In this document: piece after piece, positions 28,058-37,335 of the stretch
Position numbering within the stretch: the stretch's first letter is position 1
Layout of the letters: each line of letters begins with the position of its first letter
Virus record (IMG/VR): IMGVR_UViG_3300010352_001202
From: a virus
Taxonomy: Duplodnaviria; Caudoviricetes
Strand: one strand, 5' to 3'
Length of the DNA: 64,000 nucleotides
The notes under the pieces: generated by a model
Database searches by the model: none
Told to the model about the DNA's origin: nothing
What the model saw: the letters and a program-made list of their open reading frames with translations, nothing else
Position numbers and translations under genes: made by a program

Positions 28058-28629
28058 ATGCTTGTAAAGATAATAACTGTTGTAGATAATGATAAGCTTT
28101 TAGCAGCATTAGAAGAAATTTCGATTATTAGCTGGGAAACTATTGTTGATGAAAGAGCCAGAGATATATTTACTACCAGTAGAAGTATTTCTCTTAGAAC
28201 ACATAAAATTACCGGTGCACCACCTAAAACAATCGATGAATCATCTAGGATTTTAGATTGCACCGATATTGTAGTTAATAAGCAGAAATATGTACAATGC
28301 TATAATTAGCCGAATGGGCATATAAACAGGTAGGCGGGATATCACTAGGACGGGTAATGATTGTAAATCTGCTACCCAACGGATATGTTTCTTCGCATAT
28401 CGATCCCGGCAGTTATTTTGCAAAATATTCAAGATTTCATATACCGTTAATAACAAATGAGCAAGTTGTATTTTCTCGATACGAAGATACAGAAAAAGAA
28501 CATATGCCGTATGGGCATCTTTGCCAACTTAATAACTTGGATATGCATATGGTAAGAAACAACAGTGATCAGCCAAGGATTCATATTATTGCTGACATTG
28601 AAGTACCGGGCGGTAACTCTATATTCTGA
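28058..28629 (+). pseudogene. Asp/Asn beta-hydroxylase-like 2OG oxygenase split by a -1 frameshift near 28306
   Basis: -1 frame reads LAEWAYKQVGGISLGRVMIVNL..HID...RFHIPL...H.V.N....RIHII. Confidence 0.7.
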
Positions 28630-28800
28630 ATCCTTGCGATGTGTAGCCATTTGTAGTAAAGTAGCGATCTGAGGTGTTATCAGACCAATTTACGGTGGTA
28701 GCGCACTAGGTAGTAAGGGCTGCATCCCTGCTGCAAACAAACGCAGGTAAAGCGGTAGGTCGGCTTGCCGGTAACATCTCAACTAAATTTACGATTTTGA

Positions 28801-29030
28801 TTACTTGGACAATCGCTGCTGTAATGGTAGAGGAAGTTCGGGTCTGCAAAGAGCAGGGTTTGTCGCTCTGTGGGAGAATATCTAATTATCGGCTGCCATA
28901 AAGAAAAGGATGATATGGCCCCAGGTGTTGACCGGCGAAAGCCCATGTCTCACCCTGCCCGATAGCCGCAACTATTCGTTTGTACCACAACGACTCCGCA
29001 GTAACACAAACAGTTCTCGCTGACGCTGCT
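28801..29030 (+). ncRNA. Second RNase P RNA-like segment (5' conserved region only)
   Basis: GGACAATCGCTGCT-GTAA-TGGTAGAGGAAGTTCGGGTCT; matching 3' P4 strand not clear. Confidence 0.4.
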
Positions 29031-29049
29031 CGCCGAGGGAATGGTTATT

Positions 29050-29245
29050 TTGGTGTCCGATCTAACGCTGGCAACAGAGGAAGTTCAGGACTTGCGCCGA
29101 GTGCGAGTGGGAGACCTTGGTCGTTATTACCACCGTGATATAGCAAGCAACACAAACAGAACCTGGGAACATTCGGCCTATAGGTTCGGGTTGTGGCAAA
29201 GATGAATGTTAGAGTTGAAACAGAATCCTGGCTATGAGACACCAA
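29050..29245 (+). ncRNA. rnpB: Minimal RNase P RNA
   Basis: P1 TTGGTGTC/GACACCAA; GAGGAAGTTCAGGAC and AACAGAATCCTGGCTAT form P4; ~195 nt. Confidence 0.75.
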
Positions 29246-29288
29246 ATTTTTTATACGGGTTGTAGCACTATATTAGATAAATAGTATT

Positions 29289-29897
29289 ATGTTCAAACCC
29301 ACATACCTATACATAAAAACTCATAATGTTACCGGATTGAAATATTTTGGTAAAACTGTAGGTGATCCCTTTAGATATAAAGGATCGGGTGTAAGATGGC
29401 TGAATCATCTATCTGTACACGGCAATAAGGTGACCACTGAAATAATCGGGCATTATGAAGTATTAGAAGAATGTAATAAGGCAGCATTAGAGTTTAGTGA
29501 AAAATACAATATAGTAAAGAGTGACGAATGGGCCAACCTTATTGTCGAAGACGGTCTGATGGGAGGATTCACTGAAGATCACGGTAAGAAGATAAAAGAA
29601 ATATGGAAAAATCTTACCGAAGAAGAAAAAGACATAAGAAGGCAAAAAGCCAACCCCTGGAATAATAAAACAGAAGAAGAGATAAGTCGATATAAAAAGA
29701 ATCTTCAAGATTCTATGATTGATATGTATCAATCGATTGCCGGTAAAGAATTATTAGAACATAAGAAAAAAGTAGGAAAATCTTTATTAAAGAATGGAAA
29801 AAGAATGCTATCCGATGAAGCACGACAAAGAATGAAAGAATCGGCGTATAGGACAAACGAATTAAGACGAATAAAGAAGGAGAAAGATAATGCGTAG
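29289..29897 (+). CDS. GIY-YIG-like homing endonuclease
   Basis: YLYIKTHNVTGLKYFGKT..Y.GSG. Confidence 0.85.
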   Translation: MFKPTYLYIKTHNVTGLKYFGKTVGDPFRYKGSGVRWLNHLSVHGNKVTTEIIGHYEVLEECNKAALEFSEKYNIVKSDEWANLIVEDGLMGGFTEDHGKKIKEIWKNLTEEEKDIRRQKANPWNNKTEEEISRYKKNLQDSMIDMYQSIAGKELLEHKKKVGKSLLKNGKRMLSDEARQRMKESAYRTNELRRIKKEKDNA

Positions 29898-30558
29898 AAT
29901 TTTAGAAATCCGCGCAGCAGAAGGCGGAGAAGATAGCAAGCTATTTACGGTAGATCTTGCACAAGCATACCAACGCCATTTTGATCGAGTCGGCTGACTT
30001 AATCGAATAGTAAAGAATGTCCCTGGCGAACTTTATATAGAAGTTGAAGGGCAAAGTTTACACCATCTAGAAAACGAGGCCGGCGGCCATCGCATACAAA
30101 GAGTCCCTCCAACAGAGCGTAAGGGCAGAGTTCATACTAGCACCGTAACGGTTGCAGTCATTGATCCCGAATTACAGGTCAAAGAATACAAAGATTCAGA
30201 CTTTAGGATAGAATGGTATAGTGGTACAGGTGCAGGCGGGCAACACAGAAACAAACATCAAAATTCGTGTCGAATCACTTATACGCCCACAGGCCAAACT
30301 GCTACTGCCCAGTGTCGTTCTCGACAAAATAGCCTAGAACAGGCTAAAGCAGCATTAATAGAACAGTTAAAAAGCGAGGATCACAGACAGAAGAAATTTA
30401 GTCTCGATTCTGAAAGAAAACAGCAAGTTGGTTCTGGAATGCGCGGCGACAAGATTAGGACATATCGTTTTCAAGATGATGTAGTAAAAGATCACCTTAC
30501 AGGAAAAAGTGGTAGCGTAAAGCAGGTTTTACGCGGATACTTTGACTTAATGTGGTAG
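29890..30558 (+). CDS. Class I release factor (RF1-type PxT, GGQ), lacking N-terminal domain, in-frame TGA at 29995-29997
   Basis: LEIRAAEGG...RVG*LNR...GGHRIQRVPPTERKGRVHTS...GAGGQHRNK...KIRTYRF; missed by the ORF track. Confidence 0.9.
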
Positions 30559-30568
30559 GAGAAAAATA

Positions 30569-30997
30569 TTGCCAAAAAGTAAAGGAATAAGAGAATCATA
30601 TCGATTTGCTCGGGAGGCCGCTCGTATCGCGGGAAATAAATTCTATATCGGTCAAATCTGTAAGAAACATCCGGAATTGTTAGGCCAACGGCAGGTTAAT
30701 AATTGTATCTGTATTGAGTGTAGAAAAGAATATTCAAGACTGCAAAGTACTGGATTTTCGGTAGAATTATTTAATTTGGTATTAAAGCAACAAGAAAATA
30801 GTTGTGCTATATGCAGAGATAAATTTGATAATACTGATGCACACGCAGACCATAATCATGTAACTAAGCAACCACGCGGAATACTGTGCCGAAAATGTAA
30901 TTTAATGATAGGGTTTGCACGAGATAATCCGGAAATTTTACAAAATGCTATAGAATATCTTGCTAAACCAGACCTAATTTTTGGTTGTGATAAATAA
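30569..30997 (+). CDS. Endonuclease VII-type homing endonuclease
   Basis: CAIC...DHNH....RGILCRKCN..IG. Confidence 0.85.
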   Translation: MPKSKGIRESYRFAREAARIAGNKFYIGQICKKHPELLGQRQVNNCICIECRKEYSRLQSTGFSVELFNLVLKQQENSCAICRDKFDNTDAHADHNHVTKQPRGILCRKCNLMIGFARDNPEILQNAIEYLAKPDLIFGCDK

Positions 30998-31029
30998 AAA
31001 TATATATTATAGTTTTAGTTATTGTTGTA

Positions 31030-31327
31030 ATACGGACTGATTCAAAGGATTCAAGACGCGGGTTCGATTCCCGCCGGCTCCACCATTAAGCACATTTGCC
31101 GAATGTTCTTAATAATGGGGCCGACCAGGTTTCGATTGGGTCGCGGAGAGGATGATACGCAACACGCCAGGCGATCGGCGTTAATGAAGCAAAACTCTGT
31201 AAATGCAAACGCAAATACATTCGAGACAGTAGCCCTTGACCTTTCAGCTCTTGCTGACAGCGATATGGCTCTTGCTGCTTAATACCCAGCATACTCCGGG
31301 GCTGGTTAGCCTTGTAACCCAATAACC
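31030..31327 (+). ncRNA. ssrA: Permuted two-piece tmRNA
   Basis: GACGCGGGTTCGATTCCCGCCGGCTCCACCA (ends 31085) precedes GGGGCCGACCAGGTTTCGA (31117); tag ANANTFETVALDLSALADSDMALAA* at 31205-31282. Confidence 0.92.
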
Positions 31328-31328
31328 T

Positions 31329-31350
31329 TATAGGGACTTCGGTCCCTATA
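31329..31350 (+). terminator. Hairpin terminator after tmRNA
   Basis: TATAGGGAC-TTCG-GTCCCTATA. Confidence 0.7.
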
Positions 31351-31460
31351 ATTATGACTTTTATTTCAAGGTTGACATTTCAAGAATAATGTCATATACT
31401 AGATAAACTTTATAAATAAAAGTTCCGCTCAAGATGGGCGGATTACAAGAGGAAAATAAT

Positions 31461-31901
31461 ATGAAGAAATTAGCAATTATTGCGATCTTAGCAGCCGTGA
31501 CAGGTGTTGCTTCCGCTGCCGATGTTGGCTTGCATATTGGTCGTGGCGCTGGTGCAAACGGTGCCGGTGTTGTTGTTGGCCAAAACTTTGGTAAGCTTGG
31601 CGTAGAAGCCGCATTTGACCGTACTGTTGACGGAACAGTGAATGTTAACCGTTATAGCGTAGTCGGTTCGTATCCTGTGGCCACATTTGCAAATGTTACA
31701 TTTGCAGCTAAGGCTGGCGCAGCATTTACAGACCCGGCAGTCGGTGTAAACGGATATTCAGCAGTGGTAGGAGTAGGTGTATCCTATCCTGTAACCAAGA
31801 CTGTTAGCCTGGTTGCCGATTATGCTTATCAGCGCGGACAAGATCGCGTTAGTTTTGCAGACGGTAATTATGTTAGCGCAGGACTGAAATATTCATTCTA
31901 A
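31461..31901 (+). CDS. Small outer-membrane beta-barrel protein
   Basis: Signal peptide, amphipathic strands, terminal GLKYSF. Confidence 0.8.
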   Translation: MKKLAIIAILAAVTGVASAADVGLHIGRGAGANGAGVVVGQNFGKLGVEAAFDRTVDGTVNVNRYSVVGSYPVATFANVTFAAKAGAAFTDPAVGVNGYSAVVGVGVSYPVTKTVSLVADYAYQRGQDRVSFADGNYVSAGLKYSF

Positions 31902-31995
31902 TTTTTGAATGAATTACAAAGGGCCGCAAGGCCCTTTTCTGCTGAGTACAGTCTCACAACGAGATAAATACTTTTGTCACACAATGTGACGCCTA

Positions 31996-32031
31996 ACTGA
32001 CTTTAACCAATATGCTCTTAGTCAGTGAGCA
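31996..32031 (+). promoter_or_regulatory. H-type pseudoknot immediately 5' of an RBS
   Basis: S1 ACTGACT/AGTCAGT, S2 TGCTC/GAGCA. Confidence 0.55.
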
Positions 32032-32046
32032 GTAAAAAGGAAAATC

Positions 32047-32946
32047 ATGATGTATAAAAACCAGCTGGCCGTAGCTATCAAACACAACGGCAAAATCCTC
32101 CGTGAAACAGCAGACCTTGTTCATCTACCATTCGGTAGTGAATTCAGTGTTCTTGTAAAGAACCTAAATAGCCGTCGCGTAAAGTTTACACTTCATATTG
32201 ATGGTACAGATGTTCTAGACGGGACAGAGATTATTGTCAATGCCAATTCCGAAGTAGAAATGAAGAGATTCATCCGCAACGGAAATATGGATGAAGGCAA
32301 TGCATTCAAGTTTATCGAGCGCACAGCAGCAATCGAAGATGGTCCGCGTGGTATCAAGGTTGATGATGGTATTGTTCGTGTTGAATTTTGGTTCGAACAA
32401 GAAGTCCCTGTAGTAACTACAACCATTCATCATCATAAGGATGTTTGGTGGAATGATTATTACCGTAGAACATACACCACTGATTACTATGGCGGTCCAT
32501 ATTATGGAATGACATCCGGCTCATTAGGCGATGTAAAACTTGGAAATAGTGAAGCCGGTGGCGGCTCATATTCATCCGCAGCATCTGCATCTGTTGCTAA
32601 GGGTGCAGTTCGCAGCATGGTAAACAGTGTAGGTGGTGCAACTGCAACATCTTTCAATGCCATTCCGCAAAACGCATCAGTTCCTGTGTCGGATGTTGCT
32701 AAAAGCGAAGCAGGTATTACTGTACCGGGTTCGAAAGTAGAGCAGAAGTTTACAACAGTATACGGATTCAACGCAGAGACCCAATCCCATGTAATCATCT
32801 TGAGAATGGCTGGTCGTTCTGGAGAGGTAGAAGTTGCTGCTCCAGTAACTGTAAAATCCAAGCAAAAGTGCAGCACCTGTGGCAAGGTAAACAAAGCTAC
32901 AGCGAAATTTTGCTCGGACTGCGGAACGGCACTCGAATTACTTTGA
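32047..32946 (+). CDS. Protein with C-terminal zinc ribbon
   Basis: CSTCG...KFCSDCG. Confidence 0.75.
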   Translation: MMYKNQLAVAIKHNGKILRETADLVHLPFGSEFSVLVKNLNSRRVKFTLHIDGTDVLDGTEIIVNANSEVEMKRFIRNGNMDEGNAFKFIERTAAIEDGPRGIKVDDGIVRVEFWFEQEVPVVTTTIHHHKDVWWNDYYRRTYTTDYYGGPYYGMTSGSLGDVKLGNSEAGGGSYSSAASASVAKGAVRSMVNSVGGATATSFNAIPQNASVPVSDVAKSEAGITVPGSKVEQKFTTVYGFNAETQSHVIILRMAGRSGEVEVAAPVTVKSKQKCSTCGKVNKATAKFCSDCGTALELL

Positions 32947-33597
32947 TTTACACTTATCGCCGTGATATCTTACCATATTGGTAGGAGAAAATAAACAGCC
33001 ACAATAAGGGCATTCTGATTTAGGTTTCAGAATGCCCTTTCTTTGTTCCGATAACTTTTTCTTAGTATCTTCGGACATTATTCGACCTTTTCCTGCCTCA
33101 GAGATTTTACGCCTATGCTCCTCTGAGTGCTTCATACCGGTATTTCCCGGACTATTAATTCCATTCTTATTACCGATCTTTTTAGCACTCATTTGTGCCT
33201 TAGTTTCGTCTGTATGTTTTCGTCCGGTGCTTGAAATTCTTATTTGTTCTATACGCTCCGGGGATAATTTTTTACCTTTATTATTGGGTGGTTTACCCTT
33301 AAGTGATTTACTTTTCTCCTCGCTATATTTTCTTCTAAGCCATCCGTACACTTTATTACCTTTTCTTGTGGCACCCATCATATGCGCTGCGAATACAAGG
33401 CCCGGTACACCGGGATACATTTTAATAAGGAGTTGATGAGCAACATAATGTTCTTCTGGAGTAAGATTCACTAAATTGGCAGGATCGTCTGTACCGTTTA
33501 GGCATCGCGGAACTATATGATGCTTTTCTGCATAGCATTCAAGAACTCGAAGCCTTGCTCTATTGATTAAGTTATTGTAATGTAGATGATAGTTCAT
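32938..33597 (-). CDS. HNH homing endonuclease with NUMOD3
   Basis: EKHHIVPRC..G.D...NLV.LTPEEH; HSEEHRRKIS. Confidence 0.9.
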   Translation of the reverse strand: MNYHLHYNNLINRARLRVLECYAEKHHIVPRCLNGTDDPANLVNLTPEEHYVAHQLLIKMYPGVPGLVFAAHMMGATRKGNKVYGWLRRKYSEEKSKSLKGKPPNNKGKKLSPERIEQIRISSTGRKHTDETKAQMSAKKIGNKNGINSPGNTGMKHSEEHRRKISEAGKGRIMSEDTKKKLSEQRKGILKPKSECPYCGCLFSPTNMVRYHGDKCKSK

Positions 33598-33847
33598 GTT
33601 GTATTTACCAATTGTGGTACTTAGTTAGAGGAAATTTATGTGCCTAATTATCAAATCTAATTCTCTCGACCATCTTTATTCAGCCAAAGGCGCCGGCCGA
33701 TTATCTTCCGCGTGATGAACGCATTGTTAATGAAACCGAACTTTTGTTTGGTGCTCCGTTACACGATGAAGAAGATAAACGCAGCGGTACATGGTATACC
33801 ATTCGTTATGCGCGTCGTCGCCACAAAGAATATAAACTTCTAAAGAG

Positions 33848-34081
33848 ATGACTAAATATCGCATTATTGTCAATTCCTCTACAGTCTATCCTTTTAGGGT
33901 ACAGAAGAAGGATCCTGGTTGGTTTTCTTTTTGGACAGAAATTGCCATGGAAGACACACAGGAACAGGCCGAGTTTAGATTGAAAGAATACATAAGGGCT
34001 AAAATTCCTCCCGTCGGGACAATTGTGAAAACATATGATGAACAGGATCTTTTAGCCGACATTTTAAAGGGTAACATGTGA
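33848..34081 (+). CDS. Hypothetical protein
   Basis: ORF track. Confidence 0.55.
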   Translation: MTKYRIIVNSSTVYPFRVQKKDPGWFSFWTEIAMEDTQEQAEFRLKEYIRAKIPPVGTIVKTYDEQDLLADILKGNM

Positions 34082-34269
34082 ACGAATCCTGGGAAGTAAT
34101 TATCGAGGAAGATGAGCACGGTGAGCTTATTCTTCCTTTTCCGCCTGAACTAATTAAGAAATATAATTGGTTAGAAGGCGATGATATTGAATTTGAAATC
34201 AAAGAAGGCTTTGTTGTTATTACGAATACAACTGCCAAAATGCGGGAACAGGAAAGCGGCTTAGGCTAA
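34078..34269 (+). CDS. AbrB/MazE-like DNA-binding protein
   Basis: LILPFPPELIK..NW.EGD.IEFEI. Confidence 0.7.
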   Translation: MNESWEVIIEEDEHGELILPFPPELIKKYNWLEGDDIEFEIKEGFVVITNTTAKMREQESGLG

Positions 34270-34276
34270 ATAATGG

Positions 34277-35659
34277 ATGGCCAATCTAATCCTGTGGAAT
34301 TGTCTTAACGACAAGCGTTTTCCTGTAAGAACATTATCCTGTTACCAATTAGCATCCTGGTTGCGTCAGCACGGCTATACAGTTAAGGTCATTGACTTCT
34401 GTCATTTAATGTCAACTGATGACCTTGTTGCTATCACAGAAAAACATATAGGTACTGATACACTTGCAATAGGAGTGAGCTCTACATTTTGGAGCGATGT
34501 CTTCAAGTGGAACACCGGCGAGCCCGAATGGATATTATCTGCCCGTGCAAGATTAGAGAATAAGAATCTATATTGGCTTGTCGGTGGCTCGCAAGCACAG
34601 TCCGAAAACTTTAAGAATGTGTGGGTTAGATTTTCTGGAAATGCAGAAGACGAACTTCTTAAATGGATGGACAATAATAGTTCTAAACTAAGATTTAGAA
34701 ATCTGTTTGATATAAAATCAGCAACTACGATATTTTCGGCAGACGATTATATTAGACCATCGGAAGTGCTACCTATAGAAATGGGTCGTGGTTGCCAGTT
34801 CAAATGTAGGTTTTGTAGTTATCCCTTAGTAGGTAAAAAGAAGGGAACATACATGAAGGACTTTAGTCTAATAAGAGAAGAGTTTATTAGAAACTATAAT
34901 GAATTCGGAACTACAAAATATTATGTGCTTGATGACACAGCCAATGAAAGTGAAGAAAAAGTAAATGCGTTGGCAGATATTGTCCAGTCTCTTCCCTTTG
35001 AATTATCGTGGACAGGATACAATAGATTAGATCTAATTTGGAGTCGACCCAACACAATACAAACTCTAAAGGATAGCGGGCTGAAGTCCTCATTCTTTGG
35101 TATTGAAAGTTTTCATCCCGAAGCAAGTATGGCCATTGGCAAGGGTTGGAACGGAAAGCATGGTAAAGAGTTCTTGTTAGAACTAAAAGATAAGTGGAAA
35201 ACAGATGTTACTTGGGGTCTATCTTTCATAGTGGGATTACCTGGCGAACTTGCCGAGCACATCGAAGAAACAGATGATTGGTGTGCAAAGAACGGTATGT
35301 ATCATTGGAATTTTTATCCACTGTCCATAAACAAGTTTTCTGGTAAGGTCTGGAAAAGCGAATTTGAATTAGAGCACGAAAAATACGGTTATACCTTCCC
35401 CGGGGAGCAAAATGTCAGTTGGGTAAGCGATAACTGGACATTCGGAAAAGCCGTATTGTACACGCAGGAATTGAATAAACGGCACTACGATAAAGCACAT
35501 TTAGTTTCGTGGCCTCTATTTGAATTATCTTCACTTGGCTACAGCATAAATGAGTTAATGGATAAGAAACTTGTGCAACACCCGTGGAAGCGTTATACAG
35601 CAGAGACAAGTAATTTTATCAACGAGTACACACAACATCAGCTGGCGCAGGTTGTGTAA
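34277..35659 (+). CDS. Third radical SAM enzyme of the same family
   Basis: RGCQFKCRFC, LDDTAN, FGIESF, FIVGLP. Confidence 0.9.
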   Translation: MANLILWNCLNDKRFPVRTLSCYQLASWLRQHGYTVKVIDFCHLMSTDDLVAITEKHIGTDTLAIGVSSTFWSDVFKWNTGEPEWILSARARLENKNLYWLVGGSQAQSENFKNVWVRFSGNAEDELLKWMDNNSSKLRFRNLFDIKSATTIFSADDYIRPSEVLPIEMGRGCQFKCRFCSYPLVGKKKGTYMKDFSLIREEFIRNYNEFGTTKYYVLDDTANESEEKVNALADIVQSLPFELSWTGYNRLDLIWSRPNTIQTLKDSGLKSSFFGIESFHPEASMAIGKGWNGKHGKEFLLELKDKWKTDVTWGLSFIVGLPGELAEHIEETDDWCAKNGMYHWNFYPLSINKFSGKVWKSEFELEHEKYGYTFPGEQNVSWVSDNWTFGKAVLYTQELNKRHYDKAHLVSWPLFELSSLGYSINELMDKKLVQHPWKRYTAETSNFINEYTQHQLAQVV

Positions 35660-35875
35660 CATAAAATAATAAGTTATAATGCGAACATGAGAAATAACAA
35701 GACAACAGCGACCGCTCCGCTTCGTACGAGCGAAACAGTGGATGTGCTTACCCAACAGATTTTGGGTCTAATCAAACGCGAAGGTTCTGGACAGTTCGAA
35801 TCTATTGATCAAACAAAGGTTGTTCCAGAAAAGAAAGTAAGAAAGTCGAAAAAGACTAAATAAGACATTGCCCAA

Positions 35876-36352
35876 GTGATATTGATTGAAGATTATTTAT
35901 TGTTATCGAAAGATGAGAGACAAAAGCATCTTCGATTAGATGATCCATGCATTGAGCGCGGCGGTCCGAGTAAGGGTGGTTTATCTTCTTACTGTAAAGG
36001 ATTAATGGCACATCAGCTTGACACCACGATACCGGTTGGGCATAAAATACATGTTTGCCATGCATGCAATAATGAAAAATGCAGTAATCCAAATCATTTG
36101 TATTGGGGAACTGCAAAAGAGAATAGATTAGACCAGATAGCAAATGGAACAGATAAGTCTATATGGCAACGCACAGTTGATAAATATGGCTTAGAGACAG
36201 CAAGAAGATTAAATTCACACAGAAGTATCGGTAATAATAATGCCGGTAAAAATAAGATTGCCCCTTTGGCGGAATTGGTAGACGCACTGGATTTAGGTTC
36301 CAGCACCGAAAGGCGTGGGAGTTCGAGTCTCCCAGGGGGCACCATAGTTTAG
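35876..36352 (+). CDS. HNH endonuclease
   Basis: VCHACNN..CSNPNHLYWGT.KEN. Confidence 0.85.
   Translation: MILIEDYLLLSKDERQKHLRLDDPCIERGGPSKGGLSSYCKGLMAHQLDTTIPVGHKIHVCHACNNEKCSNPNHLYWGTAKENRLDQIANGTDKSIWQRTVDKYGLETARRLNSHRSIGNNNAGKNKIAPLAELVDALDLGSSTERRGSSSLPGGTIV
36260..36344 (+). tRNA. tRNA-Leu(TAG), long V arm
   Basis: Canonical class II. Confidence 0.93.
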
Positions 36353-36548
36353 TTAGCCCACCTTGGGCACCAAATAAAATGAAAGATTTTTTCCTCTCTA
36401 TTCCAATGTACATTTTAGGTGCCATATCTGATTGGTATGGCAAGAATTATATTGGTGAACAATTTGAGGAAGACGATTTTGATATATTGAAGCCATTTGA
36501 CATTGATGAATGGCATGCACAGCATACGACAGAAGAGGATAAAAAGGT

Positions 36549-36807
36549 TTAGAGTGACCGGTACGGCCCGGCCGATACCAAGAACGTTTCGTAGTGTCGT
36601 TGACCCAAAACAATTTCAGGTATCGCCTGAGGTCGACATTACGAAGTGCCCAGATATGATACCTGTTCCCTGTACTAAAAAGGTATTAGTTTGGATTGGG
36701 GGAATAATTGGCCCTCGCGTTGTGAGTTATCTTCTGCGTACATCAGGAGACTCTAAGTTACTTACAGCATTGTCAATTTGGTGAAAAAGCGGTTTTAGTT
36801 ACTCTAA
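36549..36807 (+). ncRNA. Unassigned structured RNA
   Basis: Closing TTAGAGTGAC/GTTACTCTAA; TTCGTAGTGTCG/CGACATTACGAA. Confidence 0.5.
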
Positions 36808-36843
36808 TTTAATAATTTTTGACCTCGCAGTTACGAGTCTTAA

Positions 36844-36897
36844 AGAATGCGTTCAGCAATTAAAAATCAAACTTGTAATTTGAAAATAAGCATTCTG
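36844..36897 (+). ncRNA. CAGCAA-family RNA with Thr(UGU)-like loop
   Basis: AGAATGC/GCATTCT-G, GTTCAGCAA, TCAAA-CTTGTAA-TTTGA. Confidence 0.75.
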
Positions 36898-36909
36898 ATA
36901 TAAATATTT

Positions 36910-37032
36910 TGTTGTAGTTTTATCTGGCAGTAGCAATGGTCACTACTGGTAACGGTATATCGGGATAGGTGAAAGTCCTATAAGCGTAATCGATGCGCCC
37001 ACACAGCCCGGGGATATCGATAAACTGCAACA
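36910..37032 (+). ncRNA. Unassigned structured RNA
   Basis: TGTTGTAGTTT/AAACTGCAACA; CAGTAG-..TGGTCA-CTACTG hairpin also present in the 11119 RNA. Confidence 0.5.
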
Positions 37033-37049
37033 CTTTTTGAAAGCAAATT

Positions 37050-37325
37050 ATGTCCTGGCCATACGAACACGAACCTAAGGTTAGATGCATTGGTTTTCCC
37101 GAAACTTATCTACAGGCAATAATGAATGCAGTAGATAATCAGATGGTAGTTTGGGGTAAAAACGATTTATTCATGAGTATGGGAACTGCACAATTTGATT
37201 GGGCAGGTTGTACCTGGGAAATGACAGAGATGCAGGAATGTGTTACTGCAATTCAATTGGTAAAAGGTAAACCGATTGCAGAAGATTTGACAGCAGCAAT
37301 GCTAAAAGGTAAAATAGAGGCATAG
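37050..37325 (+). CDS. Hypothetical protein
   Basis: ORF track. Confidence 0.55.
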   Translation: MSWPYEHEPKVRCIGFPETYLQAIMNAVDNQMVVWGKNDLFMSMGTAQFDWAGCTWEMTEMQECVTAIQLVKGKPIAEDLTAAMLKGKIEA

Positions 37326-37335
37326 TAAGTATTTA

